Source of the DNA: Chthoniobacteraceae bacterium | Lineage (GTDB): Bacteria > Verrucomicrobiota > Verrucomicrobiia > Chthoniobacterales > Chthoniobacteraceae | Length of the DNA stretch: 11,954 nucleotides | Assembly: GCA_031409335.1 (NCBI GenBank) | Contig: JANNWY010000040.1 | Location: forward strand, 1-11,954 | Reading direction: 5' to 3' | Shown: positions 1 through 9,217 of the stretch, piece by piece | Numbering within the stretch: the first letter of the stretch is position 1 | Layout of the letters: each line of letters starts with the position of its first letter | The notes under the pieces: generated by a model | Seen by the model: the letters and a program-made list of their open reading frames with translations, nothing else | Told to the model about the DNA's origin: nothing | The model's database searches: none | Program-made: the position numbers and the translations under genes

Positions 1-866
1 AGACGCGCGGGGAGCAAGATGGTGAGCACCATCGTGAAGCCGCCGAAGATCGCGCCCGCTACGAAATACGGCGGGAAGATCGTGGTGTGCCATCCGGGAA
101 GGATGGAAGTGGCAAAGTCGAACGACACGACCGAATGAACCGAAAGCACGAGCGGCGTGGAGAGTCCCGCGAGGAGCAGGTAGGCCATTTCGTAGTGCCG
201 CCAGTTGCGGTTCGAGCCGCGCCAGCCGAGGGCGAAGATGCCGTAGAGGAAACGCGAGACACGGGACTTCGCGCGATCACGCAGGGTGGCGAGGTCGGGC
301 ACGAGGCCGGTGTACCAGAAGAGCGCGGAAACCGTGAAGTAGGTCGAGACGGCGAACACGTCCCAGAGCAGTGGCGAACGGAAATTCGGCCAGATCGCGT
401 TGGAATTTGGGATCGGCGCGAGGAACCACGCCATCCATACGCGACCGACGTGGATGCCCGGGAAAATACCCGCGCAAATCACCGCGAAAATCGTCATCGC
501 CTCGGCAGCGCGATTGATCGATGTGCGCCACTTCTGGCGCGTCAGGAAAAGGATCGCAGAAATCAGCGTTCCCGCGTGACCGATACCGATCCAGAACACG
601 AAGTTCGTGATGTCCCACGCCCAGCCCGCCGGGTGATTTTCTCCCCACACTCCGACGCCATTTGAAATCTGGTAGCCAATGCAGAACAGCCCGAACAAGG
701 CAAGCGCTGAAGTCGGGAGAAAGGCCAGCCACCACCACAGGCGTGTCCTTTCCTCGGGAATCGCGGAAACCTTATCCGTGACCCATGCAAAGCTGCGCGC
801 GTTTTGGACGAGCGGCACACGCTCCATTTCCTTCGCGGTCGTGAGAGTGACGACGGATTCAGACAT
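1..866 (-). CDS. actC: Alternative complex III subunit C (NrfD/PsrC-family quinol-binding membrane subunit), 3' end outside the window
   Basis: Not in the ORF track because it has no stop in the window. Manual translation from the ATG at 866 (TAATG overlap with the actB stop) gives [21 protein letters not shown]...[37 protein letters not shown]...[17 protein letters not shown]...[18 protein letters not shown]...[15 protein letters not shown]...[20 protein letters not shown], which are hallmark ActC motifs. Confidence 0.95.
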   Translation of the reverse strand, partial: MSESVVTLTTAKEMERVPLVQNARSFAWVTDKVSAIPEERTRLWWWLAFLPTSALALFGLFCIGYQISNGVGVWGENHPAGWAWDITNFVFWIGIGHAGTLISAILFLTRQKWRTSINRAAEAMTIFAVICAGIFPGIHVGRVWMAWFLAPIPNSNAIWPNFRSPLLWDVFAVSTYFTVSALFWYTGLVPDLATLRDRAKSRVSRFLYGIFALGWRGSNRNWRHYEMAYLLLAGLSTPLVLSVHSVVSFDFATSILPGWHTTIFPPYFVAGAIFGGFTMVLTILLPAR

Positions 867-3800
867 TACGCCTGGCCTCCATTGCTGGCACCGGTTGCGG
901 CTTCATGTTTCGGTTCGGCGTGAGGTGGGTGATGATATTTCGAGCCCTTGATGGCTTTGCCGGTCTTGTCGGCGCCGGGCATTTTCGGGTTGGGATTGCG
1001 GATGCGCGCGAGATAGGTGACGCGCTGATCGAGATGCAAATACTCGAAGAGCCGGTAGCCGCGCTCGCTTTCGAGCAGCTTCGCGACGGCACTTTCCGGG
1101 TTCTTTTTGTCGCCAAAAACGATCGCACCCGTCGGGCAAACCTGCGCGCAGGCCACGGTGAAAGTGTCCGCCGGAATCCGCGCCGGTCCCTCGTCGCGGA
1201 TCGCAACCGCCGCGGCGATTTTCGCTTCCTGGATGCGCTGCACGCAGAACGTGCATTTCTCCATGACGCCGCGCATGCGCACGGTCACGTTCGGGTTTTT
1301 GGAAAGTTTCAGCGAATCCTCCATCCCCCGCTCGCTCGTCAGATTCCAATCGCGGAGAGTGCCGATCTTGCGCTCGTTGTAATCGAAGAAATTGAAGCGA
1401 CGCACTTTGAACGGACAGTTGTTCGCGCAATACCGCGTGCCGATGCAGCGGTTGTAAGCCATCACGTTCAAGCCATCCTCGCTGTGGACCGTCGCGTTCA
1501 CCGGGCAGACGGTTTCGCACGGCGCATTCTCGCAGTGCTGACACATCATCGGCTGGGAAACCAGCTCAGGGTCGGCGTCGTTTTCGTCCGAGGACGCAAA
1601 GTAACGGTCCATCCGCATCCAATGCATTTCGCGACCTTCGATGACCTGACGCTTGCCAACGATTGGAATGTTGTTTTCCGCCTGGCAGGCGACCATGCAC
1701 GCGGAGCAGCCGATGCAGGTATTCAAATCGACCGCCATCGCCCACTGATGCGGATCGCCGAGCGGCGGATGTTTGTAAAGCGAGGCATCCGCCGGGATAT
1801 GGCCGTCCATGCCCATCGTTTTTGCGAACTTCGGAGCCGCCGTGTATTCTTCGAGCGTCGCCTCGCGAGTGATGTCCGGCCCGCGGCCTTCGAGCGTGCC
1901 GTGCTCCTGGGTGACGCCGAGTTTGTAGCTCGTGCCGGAGAGTTTCACGGTCGCGCCATTTGCGAAATACGGCGTCGCCGTCGTGCGCAAAAGGTAGCCA
2001 TTGAAACCGCCGCTGGTCATCTCCGAATCCAGGGCGAATCCCTCGGTCGTCTGGCCCACCGTGCCGACGCGGCCGGCCTTCGTGCGCCCGTAGCCGAGCG
2101 GGATCGTGATCGAATTCTCGGCGTGCCCTGGAATCACGAGAGCGGGCAGATCGAGCTTGCGATCGCCGACCGTGATTTCGATCCGCGGATATTCGAAGTG
2201 TTCCTTGAAAAAACTCGGATCGGTATTGATGCCAAGTTTCTTTGCGGTCGCGAGGCTGATCAGCGCGGCGTTATCCCACGTCAGTTTGGTGATCGGATCG
2301 GGCAGTTCCTGAAGCCAGCCGTTGTTGGCAAAACGTCCGTCATCGACCTTCGCATCGCCGACCAGCACGACTTCGTACGAGTTTTCGCCGAGCGGCGGGA
2401 TCGGGAGTTTTTCCGCGACCAGCTTGCCGACTGCCTCGCCACTGAGTGTGAGCGCGACGGGTTTCGGAGTTTCGCCCGCAATAAATCCGTCGTGAAGGAA
2501 TTTCGCCCACACTGCGGTGAAATCATTCGGCTGCACGCGCTGCTTGAAAGTTTCCTGCACCAGTTCCGGGCCGTCGGTCTTTTTCAGACCCGCGAATTTC
2601 GCAAGCACATCAATCTCCGACCATCCGCCGTAAAGCGGCAAAATCATCGGCTGCACGGAAACGTAACTGCCGTCCACCGCAAGCCCGTCGCCCCAGGATT
2701 CGAGGTAATGCGAAAGCGGCGCGTGCCAGGTCACGTGCTCGCTGGTTTCGTCCTCGTAAAATCCGACGCGCACCACGTTCGGCACCTTCTTCAGCTTCGC
2801 GGTAAAATCGAGATCGACCGGCGCATTATAGACCGGATTTCCGCTCACGATGATGATCGAGGAAAGCGATCCGTCGTTCATCCGACGCGTGACTTCCGCC
2901 AGATTAGCCGACGCCCTCGCGGGCAAATTTCCGCCCACCAAAGTCGTGCCCAGACTGCCCAGCGCCGCATTGATCGCGAACACCAGCGCCTGCACTCCCG
3001 CAGGCTGCCGCGAACCCGCAAGCACAAGGCCGCGCCCTTTGTTTGCCGCCAAATCCGCCGCTGCCACGGTGATCCACTCTCGCTTCGTCGCCGGTTTCGG
3101 AGCCGCCGCCACCAGCTTTGCGAGCGTCGCGTCGTTCGTCAGCGTCGCGATTTCCGCCGCGAATTCGATCGCCGCCGCACCGATCTGACTCGCCGGCAAA
3201 CGCAGCCGGTGATCCGCCGCGCCGCCCGTGATCGTGTAATGGTTTTCGACCGCGTAAAGGCGGTTCATCTTGTTCTCGCCACCCACCTTCCGCCGCGAAG
3301 CAAACGCCCCCTGCTCCACCACGCCGCCATCGAGCCCGATGAAATCCGCATCGAGCGAAAGAATCACGTCCGCCTTCTCGATCTGCGGAATCGCCCGCAC
3401 GCCTTCGCCGAAAGCCGCCCGCGCCGCCTCGACCGCCGCATCGTCGCCGAGCGGCTCATAGATCGCCCACAACGCCTTCGGAAATTTCTTCTCGATCTCC
3501 CCGCGCAACCGCTCGCGCGTCGGCGACGGATTGCTTTCCAAAAGAAACGCAAGCCCCGCGCCATCCCCTGCCCCGGCGATCAATTCATCCAGCGCCTTCT
3601 CAAAATCCGCCGCCGTTTTCGTCGCACCGTTCAGCTTGAAAGTCTTCGCGCGATCCGGGTCGTAAAGATCGAGGATCGAGGTCTGCGCCCAAGTATCCGT
3701 CGCGCCCTTGCTCGCCGGATGACCCGGATTACCCTCGATCTTCGTCGGCCGCCCATCGTGCGTCTCCGCCAGTAGCGGCGCATATCCGCGGCGCGTCGGC

Positions 3801-4108
3801 ATCGACGTGGTGAAAAACAACGCCTTGCCCGGAATCGACCATTCCGTTCCCTTTACGAACGGAATCAAGTGCTTCACCGGCCGCCGGCACCCCGCGAAAC
3901 TCAGCCCCGCCAGCGCCATCGACGCGCCCATCAATTGCAGGAAATTCCGGCGCGACACATCGCCGCCCTTCATCTCGGAAGCACCCTGCGGAAACTCGCG
4001 CTCCAGCCAACCGCGGAATTCCGGCGTGTCATTGAGCTGCCCGAGGCTGCGCCAGTATTTTTTACCGCTCGTCGCGGGTTCAGGATGTTGGAAGATTCGC
4101 TTGCTCAT
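866..4108 (-). CDS. actB: Alternative complex III subunit B (Tat-exported molybdopterin-oxidoreductase-like domain fused to an Fe-S ferredoxin domain)
   Basis: N-terminal YWRSL...EFP...[12 protein letters not shown]at-variant leader; [14 protein letters not shown]-terminal Cys motifs [41 protein letters not shown]...CAQVCP; RGVMEKC. Start placed at ATG 4108 (ATGA overlap with the actA stop) rather than 4117. Confidence 0.95.
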   Translation of the reverse strand: MSKRIFQHPEPATSGKKYWRSLGQLNDTPEFRGWLEREFPQGASEMKGGDVSRRNFLQLMGASMALAGLSFAGCRRPVKHLIPFVKGTEWSIPGKALFFTTSMPTRRGYAPLLAETHDGRPTKIEGNPGHPASKGATDTWAQTSILDLYDPDRAKTFKLNGATKTAADFEKALDELIAGAGDGAGLAFLLESNPSPTRERLRGEIEKKFPKALWAIYEPLGDDAAVEAARAAFGEGVRAIPQIEKADVILSLDADFIGLDGGVVEQGAFASRRKVGGENKMNRLYAVENHYTITGGAADHRLRLPASQIGAAAIEFAAEIATLTNDATLAKLVAAAPKPATKREWITVAAADLAANKGRGLVLAGSRQPAGVQALVFAINAALGSLGTTLVGGNLPARASANLAEVTRRMNDGSLSSIIIVSGNPVYNAPVDLDFTAKLKKVPNVVRVGFYEDETSEHVTWHAPLSHYLESWGDGLAVDGSYVSVQPMILPLYGGWSEIDVLAKFAGLKKTDGPELVQETFKQRVQPNDFTAVWAKFLHDGFIAGETPKPVALTLSGEAVGKLVAEKLPIPPLGENSYEVVLVGDAKVDDGRFANNGWLQELPDPITKLTWDNAALISLATAKKLGINTDPSFFKEHFEYPRIEITVGDRKLDLPALVIPGHAENSITIPLGYGRTKAGRVGTVGQTTEGFALDSEMTSGGFNGYLLRTTATPYFANGATVKLSGTSYKLGVTQEHGTLEGRGPDITREATLEEYTAAPKFAKTMGMDGHIPADASLYKHPPLGDPHQWAMAVDLNTCIGCSACMVACQAENNIPIVGKRQVIEGREMHWMRMDRYFASSDENDADPELVSQPMMCQHCENAPCETVCPVNATVHSEDGLNVMAYNRCIGTRYCANNCPFKVRRFNFFDYNERKIGTLRDWNLTSERGMEDSLKLSKNPNVTVRMRGVMEKCTFCVQRIQEAKIAAAVAIRDEGPARIPADTFTVACAQVCPTGAIVFGDKKNPESAVAKLLESERGYRLFEYLHLDQRVTYLARIRNPNPKMPGADKTGKAIKGSKYHHPPHAEPKHEAATGASNGGQA

Positions 4109-4779
4109 CGGTGGCACCCCGCGCAGTTCCCGTTCGGCGGATTCAAATGGAGTTTCTTCACCAGCTCTTCGCCGATGCGCAGTTGGGCTTCTTTTTTGGA
4201 TTCGCCCTCAAGTTGCGGCGGGATCCAGTTGAGATTCGTCACCTGATCGACCGGACGCACGTGTTCCGCCGGATTGCGATGGCATTCCAGACACCACGCC
4301 ATCGAGTGCGGCTCCGCGTGATACACCACCGGCATCTCGTTCACCTTCCCGTGGCAGCTCACGCACGACACCCCGCGATTCACATGCGCCGAGTGATTGA
4401 AATACACGTAGTCCGGCGTCTTGTGGATTTGCACCCACTCGATCGACTTGCCCGTCGTCCAGGATTCGCGCACCGGGGCGAGCTTCGGGTTCTCCTTCTG
4501 CACCTGCGTATGGCAGTTCATGCAAGTCTGCGTCGTCGGCACATTCGAGTGCGCCGCGACTTCCACGAAGCTGTGGCAGTAGCGGCAATCCATCCCGAGC
4601 TGCCCCGCGTGGATTTGATGCGAAAAATTCACCGGCTGCTCAGGCTGGTAACCGACGCGGGTGTATTTCGGCGTGAAATAATACCAGACTGCCATCGAGA
4701 CCACCGGCGTGATCAAGAGCCCGATCAGGACGAATTTGAGGGGGAGAATATTGCTCCCGCGTGGAAAGATATTCGCCAT
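4105..4779 (-). CDS. actA: Alternative complex III subunit A, membrane-anchored pentaheme cytochrome c (c3 family)
   Basis: One N-terminal hydrophobic helix, GYQPEQPVNFSHQIHAG, five CxxCH motifs (CRYCH, CMNCH, CVSCH, CLECH, CAGCH), VYFNHSAH; lies directly upstream of actB. Confidence 0.95.
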   Translation of the reverse strand: MANIFPRGSNILPLKFVLIGLLITPVVSMAVWYYFTPKYTRVGYQPEQPVNFSHQIHAGQLGMDCRYCHSFVEVAAHSNVPTTQTCMNCHTQVQKENPKLAPVRESWTTGKSIEWVQIHKTPDYVYFNHSAHVNRGVSCVSCHGKVNEMPVVYHAEPHSMAWCLECHRNPAEHVRPVDQVTNLNWIPPQLEGESKKEAQLRIGEELVKKLHLNPPNGNCAGCHR

Positions 4780-4888
4780 TCTGTGTCAGTGAATGGCGTG
4801 GAGAAGCGTCAGTTTTTCAGCTTGCGGCATGGAGCAGGAAGTCAGAGTGGAGCGGGAAAATGTCGTTTCAGTAAAATGATTGCAAGCG

Positions 4889-4917
4889 ACTTTGTGAAAA
4901 AATTCACAAGCGGTCAA
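4889..4917 (-). promoter_or_regulatory. Candidate sigma70-type promoter of the act operon
   Basis: Minus strand reads TTGACC (4917-4912), 17 nt, CAAAGT (4894-4889). The -10 match is weak. The palindrome covers the spacer and part of the -10. Confidence 0.45.
4892..4909. promoter_or_regulatory. Perfect palindromic operator TTGTGAA-AAAA-TTCACAA (Rex consensus; also fits CRP-family TGTGA-N6-TCACA)
   Basis: 18-bp site with perfect 7-bp arms, about 112 nt upstream of the actA start. Confidence 0.75.
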
Positions 4918-5249
4918 CGGGTCGTCGGCAAACGCCGCGTTTTTTCGCTGCGAAATGCCTCAAGATCATCGACCGGGCATGGATCATTGGAAATTCCGCC
5001 GCGCCGCTGCAACAATAAAACCGCGTTTTGTCGGGCGCGATTTGCAATGTGCTCGCAGGAGATCGTCTTTTCGCTCGGGCAATCACATTTTGGAATTCCT
5101 CAATAGTTTCCTTTCCGTCGGGTTAAAACGTATCGCAGTGCATCAACTGAACATTCCCAGTTCCAACCACCCGAGGTGCTGAATCAAACACTCCGCGACA
5201 AATTGCGTTCGACTTGCGCTGCCGATCGCGTGGGTTCTCCGAAAATATA

Positions 5250-8200
5250 ATGAGCCGCTCCCGCTACATCACCCTTCAGTCATGTCTCCTCGCCGCGGCA
5301 CTTTCCGCCACGGCAAGCGGGGCGCAAAACGCGCCGGTCAACTTCAACCGCGATATCCGCCCGATCCTTTCGGACAAATGTTTTCATTGTCACGGGCCGG
5401 ATGAAAAAGAGCGGAAGGGAAAACTCCGGCTCGATCTGCAGGAGGCTGCGCTGAAAGGCGGCGAGTCTGGACCCACGGCGATCATCCCTGGCAAGCCGGA
5501 CGAGAGCGAAGTGCTGATCCGCGTGCTTTCCAAGGATCGCGACGAGGTGATGCCGCCGCCGAAAATGCACAAGCCAGTGAGCGCGGTGGAGGCGGACTTG
5601 CTGCGGCGCTGGATCGCGGACGGTGCGGAGTATCAGGGGCACTGGGCGTTTTTGAAACCGGAACGCGTGGATGTGATTGCGGATTGCGGATTGCGGATTG
5701 CGGATTGGGAAAAGCGCGAACCGGCGCGGGGCGCGGAGTTGCGACGGCGCGAGGTGGAGTTGAAGGCGTGGCCGAAAAATCCGATCGACGATTTCATCCT
5801 CGACCGGCTACTGCGCGAAGGACTCACGCCTTCCGCCGAAGCTCCGCCGGAAACGCTCGTGCGACGGATGACGCTTGATCTGACTGGCCTCCCGCCGACT
5901 CCCGCCGAAGTCGAGGCGTTCGTCGCGGACTCTATCCGCAATCCGCAATCCGCAATCCGCAATCTCGCCGACCGGCTACTCGCATCGCCGCGCTACGGCG
6001 AGCAGATGGCCGCGCGCTGGCTCGACATGGCGCGCTACGCGGACAGCAATGGCTTCCAAAGCGACACGCAGCGGCAGCAGTCGCCGTGGCGCGACTGGGT
6101 GCTCGGCGCGCTGAACGCGAACATGCCGTTCGACCGTTTTACCATCGAGCAGCTCGCCGGCGACCTGCTGCCAAACGCGGCGCGCGATCAGATCGTGGCG
6201 ACTGGCTTTAATCGCAACCACCGGCTCAATGGCGAAGGCGGACGGATTGTCGAGGAGTGGTTTGCAGAGACCGTCATCGACCGCGTGGAGACCACCGGGC
6301 TGACCTGGATGGCGCTCACGCTGAACTGCTGCCGCTGCCACGATCACAAGTACGATCCAGTCACGCAGAAGGAGTTTTACCAGCTCTTCGCCTACTTCAA
6401 TTCCAACGATGAACTCGGCGTGATGGATGAATTCGGCGGCGCGGCGGGCACGCGAAAGGGCGGCAACTCGAAGCCAGTGCAGCTCCTGCCGACTCCGGCG
6501 CAGGAGAAAGAGGCCGCCGAACTCGACGCAAAACTGAAAGCGGCCGAGGCCACGCTGGCGGGCGCGAACAAACAGCTCGTGACGCTGCAACCCGCATGGG
6601 AGCAGGACTTCCGGGCAAAGCTCTCGCAGACACTCACTGCCTGGACGGCGCTCGGACCGCGCAGCGTTCACAGTACGGGCGGGGCAACGCTCACGCAGCA
6701 GGCCAATGGCTCGTGGCTCGCGAGCGGGATGAATCCGCCGAATGACACTTACGAGATCGAGGCACCGGCGACGCCCGGCATTCTCACGGGGCTGCTGGTC
6801 GAGGTGATGCCGGACGCATCGCTGCCAAATCAAAGCCTCGGGCGCGGGCCGAACGGCAACTTCGTGCTGACCGGCATCGAGGCGGAGATCACCGTGCCGG
6901 GCGTGTCCGATCCGATCGTTGCGGAGTTCACGCGGGCCGAGGCGGACTACGAGCAGAAAGGCTGGGAGGTTGGCCTTGTCGTGCGTGCCCAGCCCAAGCC
7001 GGCGAAGGGCAAGCGCCCGGCGAAAGGCGCGAAGAATCAGCCCGGCTGGGCGATCGACGGCAACGACCCGGCAAAACGCCTGCCGCGAAAAGCGCTCTTC
7101 GTCTGCGATCCGATCAACGTGCCCGCAGGTGCCACGCTCACAGTGCGGCTCGTGCATGGCTCGCTGCATGGCGATCACAACATCGGCCGCTTCCGCGTCA
7201 GCTCGACCGCGCTGCCGCCCACGACCGTGAAGCTCGACGGCGCGAAAGTGCCGGATGTCATCCGCGCCGCGCTGCTCGCCGAGCCGGCGAAACGCACGCC
7301 GCAACAGATCGCCGACCTCGCGAAATTTTACCGCGAAAATTCCGACAACCCCGCGAAACGCGCCGAGACCGCGCTCGCTGCCGTGAAGAAAGCGGTGGCC
7401 GATCTCGGCTCCGAAATCGACAACGTCATGGTGATGCGCGAACTCCCGCAGCCGCGCGATGCCTTCATCCTCAACCGCGGCGAATACGACAAACCCGGTG
7501 ACAAGATCGCCCGGGCCCTGCCCGCTGCGCTACCGGCGCTGCCGCCCGGCGCGCCCAACAATCGCCTCGGCTTCGCGCAATGGCTGGTCTCCGGCGAGCA
7601 TCCGCTTACGTCGCGCGTGTGGGTGAATCGCGCATGGGAAATGTTCTTCGGCGCAGGCATCGTGCGGACGACGGAAAACTTCGGCTCGCAGGCGGAGTGG
7701 CCGACGCACCCCGAGCTGCTCGACTGGCTCGCCACGGAATTCGTGCGCGTGAAATGGGACATGAAAGCCATGCATCGTCTGATGGTGACGAGCGCGACTT
7801 ATCGGCAGTCGGCGCGCGTGACGCCGAAGCATTTGGAAAAAGATGCCGACAACCGGCTGCTCGCGCGCGCGCCGAGGCTGCGCCTGCCCGCCGAGACGCT
7901 GCGCGATCAGGCGCTGGCGGTCAGCGGATTGCTCGTGGAGAAACTCGGCGGGCCGAGCGTGAAGCCTTACATGCCCCAAGCCGTGTGGGATGAGACGAGC
8001 GTTTACGGCGACATGCGCGGCTACAAATCGGACACCGGCGAAGGCCTCTATCGGCGCACGCTTTACACCATCTGGAAACGCACCGCCGCACCGCCGACGA
8101 TGCTGCTCTTCGATTCCCCGAGCCGCGAAATCTGCACGGTCAAACGCTCGCTCACGAACACGCCGCTGCAAGCCCTCGCGCTGCTAAACGAAGTGACCTA

Positions 8201-8504
8201 CGTCGAAGCCGCGCGTCGTTTAGCCGAGCAGATGCTGACCGAAGGCGGCACGACTCCCGAAGCCCGCATCGCCTGGGCCTTCCAGCGCGCCACCGCGCGA
8301 AAGCCGGACGCCTTCGAGCTGGAAAAACTCACCGCAAATCTCCGCGACCGGCTCGCCGCATTCGCGCAGGACGCGGAAGCCTCCGCAAAGCTGATCGCGC
8401 AAGGTGCCTCGCAACCAAACGCAAACCTCAACCCAACCGAACTCGCCGCCTACACCGTGACCGCAAACGTGCTGCTGAACCTCGACGAAGTCGTGACCCG
8501 GTGA
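5250..8504 (+). CDS. Secreted PSD1/planctomycete cytochrome c domain protein (PSCyt1 + DUF1549 + DUF1553)
   Basis: Signal peptide (LLAAALSATASGA); VNFNRDIRPILSDKCFHCHGPD...LRLD...MPP (PSCyt1); HWAF, NPIDDFI, RRMTLDLTGLPPT, YGEQMAARWLDMARYADSNG, CCRCHDHKYDP (DUF1549); NRLGFAQWL, PLTSRVWVNR, PTHPELLDWLA, SATYRQS, TNTPLQALALLN, LLNLDE (DUF1553). ATG 5250 preferred to TTG 5214. Confidence 0.92.
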   Translation: MSRSRYITLQSCLLAAALSATASGAQNAPVNFNRDIRPILSDKCFHCHGPDEKERKGKLRLDLQEAALKGGESGPTAIIPGKPDESEVLIRVLSKDRDEVMPPPKMHKPVSAVEADLLRRWIADGAEYQGHWAFLKPERVDVIADCGLRIADWEKREPARGAELRRREVELKAWPKNPIDDFILDRLLREGLTPSAEAPPETLVRRMTLDLTGLPPTPAEVEAFVADSIRNPQSAIRNLADRLLASPRYGEQMAARWLDMARYADSNGFQSDTQRQQSPWRDWVLGALNANMPFDRFTIEQLAGDLLPNAARDQIVATGFNRNHRLNGEGGRIVEEWFAETVIDRVETTGLTWMALTLNCCRCHDHKYDPVTQKEFYQLFAYFNSNDELGVMDEFGGAAGTRKGGNSKPVQLLPTPAQEKEAAELDAKLKAAEATLAGANKQLVTLQPAWEQDFRAKLSQTLTAWTALGPRSVHSTGGATLTQQANGSWLASGMNPPNDTYEIEAPATPGILTGLLVEVMPDASLPNQSLGRGPNGNFVLTGIEAEITVPGVSDPIVAEFTRAEADYEQKGWEVGLVVRAQPKPAKGKRPAKGAKNQPGWAIDGNDPAKRLPRKALFVCDPINVPAGATLTVRLVHGSLHGDHNIGRFRVSSTALPPTTVKLDGAKVPDVIRAALLAEPAKRTPQQIADLAKFYRENSDNPAKRAETALAAVKKAVADLGSEIDNVMVMRELPQPRDAFILNRGEYDKPGDKIARALPAALPALPPGAPNNRLGFAQWLVSGEHPLTSRVWVNRAWEMFFGAGIVRTTENFGSQAEWPTHPELLDWLATEFVRVKWDMKAMHRLMVTSATYRQSARVTPKHLEKDADNRLLARAPRLRLPAETLRDQALAVSGLLVEKLGGPSVKPYMPQAVWDETSVYGDMRGYKSDTGEGLYRRTLYTIWKRTAAPPTMLLFDSPSREICTVKRSLTNTPLQALALLNEVTYVEAARRLAEQMLTEGGTTPEARIAWAFQRATARKPDAFELEKLTANLRDRLAAFAQDAEASAKLIAQGASQPNANLNPTELAAYTVTANVLLNLDEVVTR
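5675..5707 (+). repeat. Heptamer tandem repeat (GATTGCG)x4 + GATTG inside the CDS
   Basis: Read directly; translates in frame as IADCGLRIAD. Confidence 0.95.
5934..5964 (+). repeat. Heptamer tandem repeat (ATCCGCA)x4 + ATC inside the CDS; reverse complement of 5675-5705
   Basis: Read directly; translates in frame as IRNPQSAIRN. Confidence 0.95.
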
Positions 8505-8515
8505 TGCGCCAGCTT

Positions 8516-8923
8516 TTACTCGAAGGGATTCACCACCGGCACGCCGCAGCGCGTGAAGTCGTCCACATTGCGCGTGGCCACCGTGAGTCCGTGCAGCTTC
8601 GCGGTGGCGGCGATCATGGTGTCGGCCATGCCTACGGTGAAACCGGCGCGCTTCACTTTGTTAAAAAGTTTGCCCCACACGATTCCCGTTTCCTCCGTCC
8701 AATCCAAACAGATGGTCGTGCTCCGCAGCTCTTGAAACCACGATTCAAGATCCCGCTTTTTGAGCCCCGACGGCATCGCATCGATCCCGCGCCAGATTTC
8801 CGCCAGCACCACGGCATCGACCACGCTCTGAGCCTCGTTCCTGGCAATCCAGGCGAGCACGCGGGGCGACGGCTGCAGCTTGGTTGGCTCGCTCAGCACG
8901 TTCACGTCCACGAGGTAGTTCAT
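8516..8923 (-). CDS. vapC: Type II toxin-antitoxin PIN-domain toxin (VapC/FitB-like ribonuclease)
   Basis: 135 aa; YLVDVNVLSE, LAEIWRGI, DTMIAATAKLHGLTVATRNVDDF, VVNPFE are PIN-domain signature motifs with the acidic active-site residues. Confidence 0.92.
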   Translation of the reverse strand: MNYLVDVNVLSEPTKLQPSPRVLAWIARNEAQSVVDAVVLAEIWRGIDAMPSGLKKRDLESWFQELRSTTICLDWTEETGIVWGKLFNKVKRAGFTVGMADTMIAATAKLHGLTVATRNVDDFTRCGVPVVNPFE

Positions 8924-9174
8924 TCAAAGGGATTCCGCCAAAAGTCCGCAGTGGTTTCCCGGCGCTCCAACGGCTTATACCAGCCCTTCACCGGACAGCT
9001 CAGCAGCACATCAATGAGCCGGCGCTTGGGCTTTGCTTCATCCACGACCTTGACCCGCAGAGTGTCGCCGCCGAGGGAGTCGATCTCACAGCGTTGCCCT
9101 GGCTTGATGCGATGCTTCCGGCGGAGCTTCGCGGGAATTTCCACGGAGCCATCGGCTGAAACTTTAGTCGTCAT
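8920..9174 (-). CDS. AbrB/MazE/SpoVT-family DNA-binding antitoxin (VapB-like)
   Basis: 84 aa; MTTKVSADGSVEIPAKLRRKHRIKPGQ fits the AbrB swapped-hairpin pattern; ATGA overlap with the PIN gene. Confidence 0.85.
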   Translation of the reverse strand: MTTKVSADGSVEIPAKLRRKHRIKPGQRCEIDSLGGDTLRVKVVDEAKPKRRLIDVLLSCPVKGWYKPLERRETTADFWRNPFE

Positions 9175-9180
9175 GCCCGG

Positions 9181-9209
9181 AACCTAGGCTCCGCCCTTCA
9201 CACCGTCAA
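9181..9209 (-). promoter_or_regulatory. Sigma70-type promoter of the TA operon, likely leaderless
   Basis: Minus strand TTGACG (9209-9204), 17 nt, TAGGTT (9186-9181), then 6 nt to the ATG at 9174. Confidence 0.7.
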
Positions 9210-9217
9210 ACTTCTCC

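Noticed and set aside
905..3775. 956-aa + strand ORF
   Set aside because: Antisense shadow of actB; Arg/His-rich with no motifs, as expected from GC-rich codon bias.
5246..5251. TATAAT box
   Set aside because: It overlaps the predicted start codon and has no -35 at suitable spacing.
5675..5964. CRISPR array or IS terminal inverted repeats
   Set aside because: The repeats are 7-nt tandem units without spacers, and the enclosed DNA encodes conserved DUF1549 sequence, not a transposase.
5976..7304. 442-aa - strand ORF, and similar ORFs at 87-665, 4111-5106, 7530-8171, 8501-9187 and 9554-10654
   Set aside because: All are antisense shadows of well-supported genes and have no recognisable domains.
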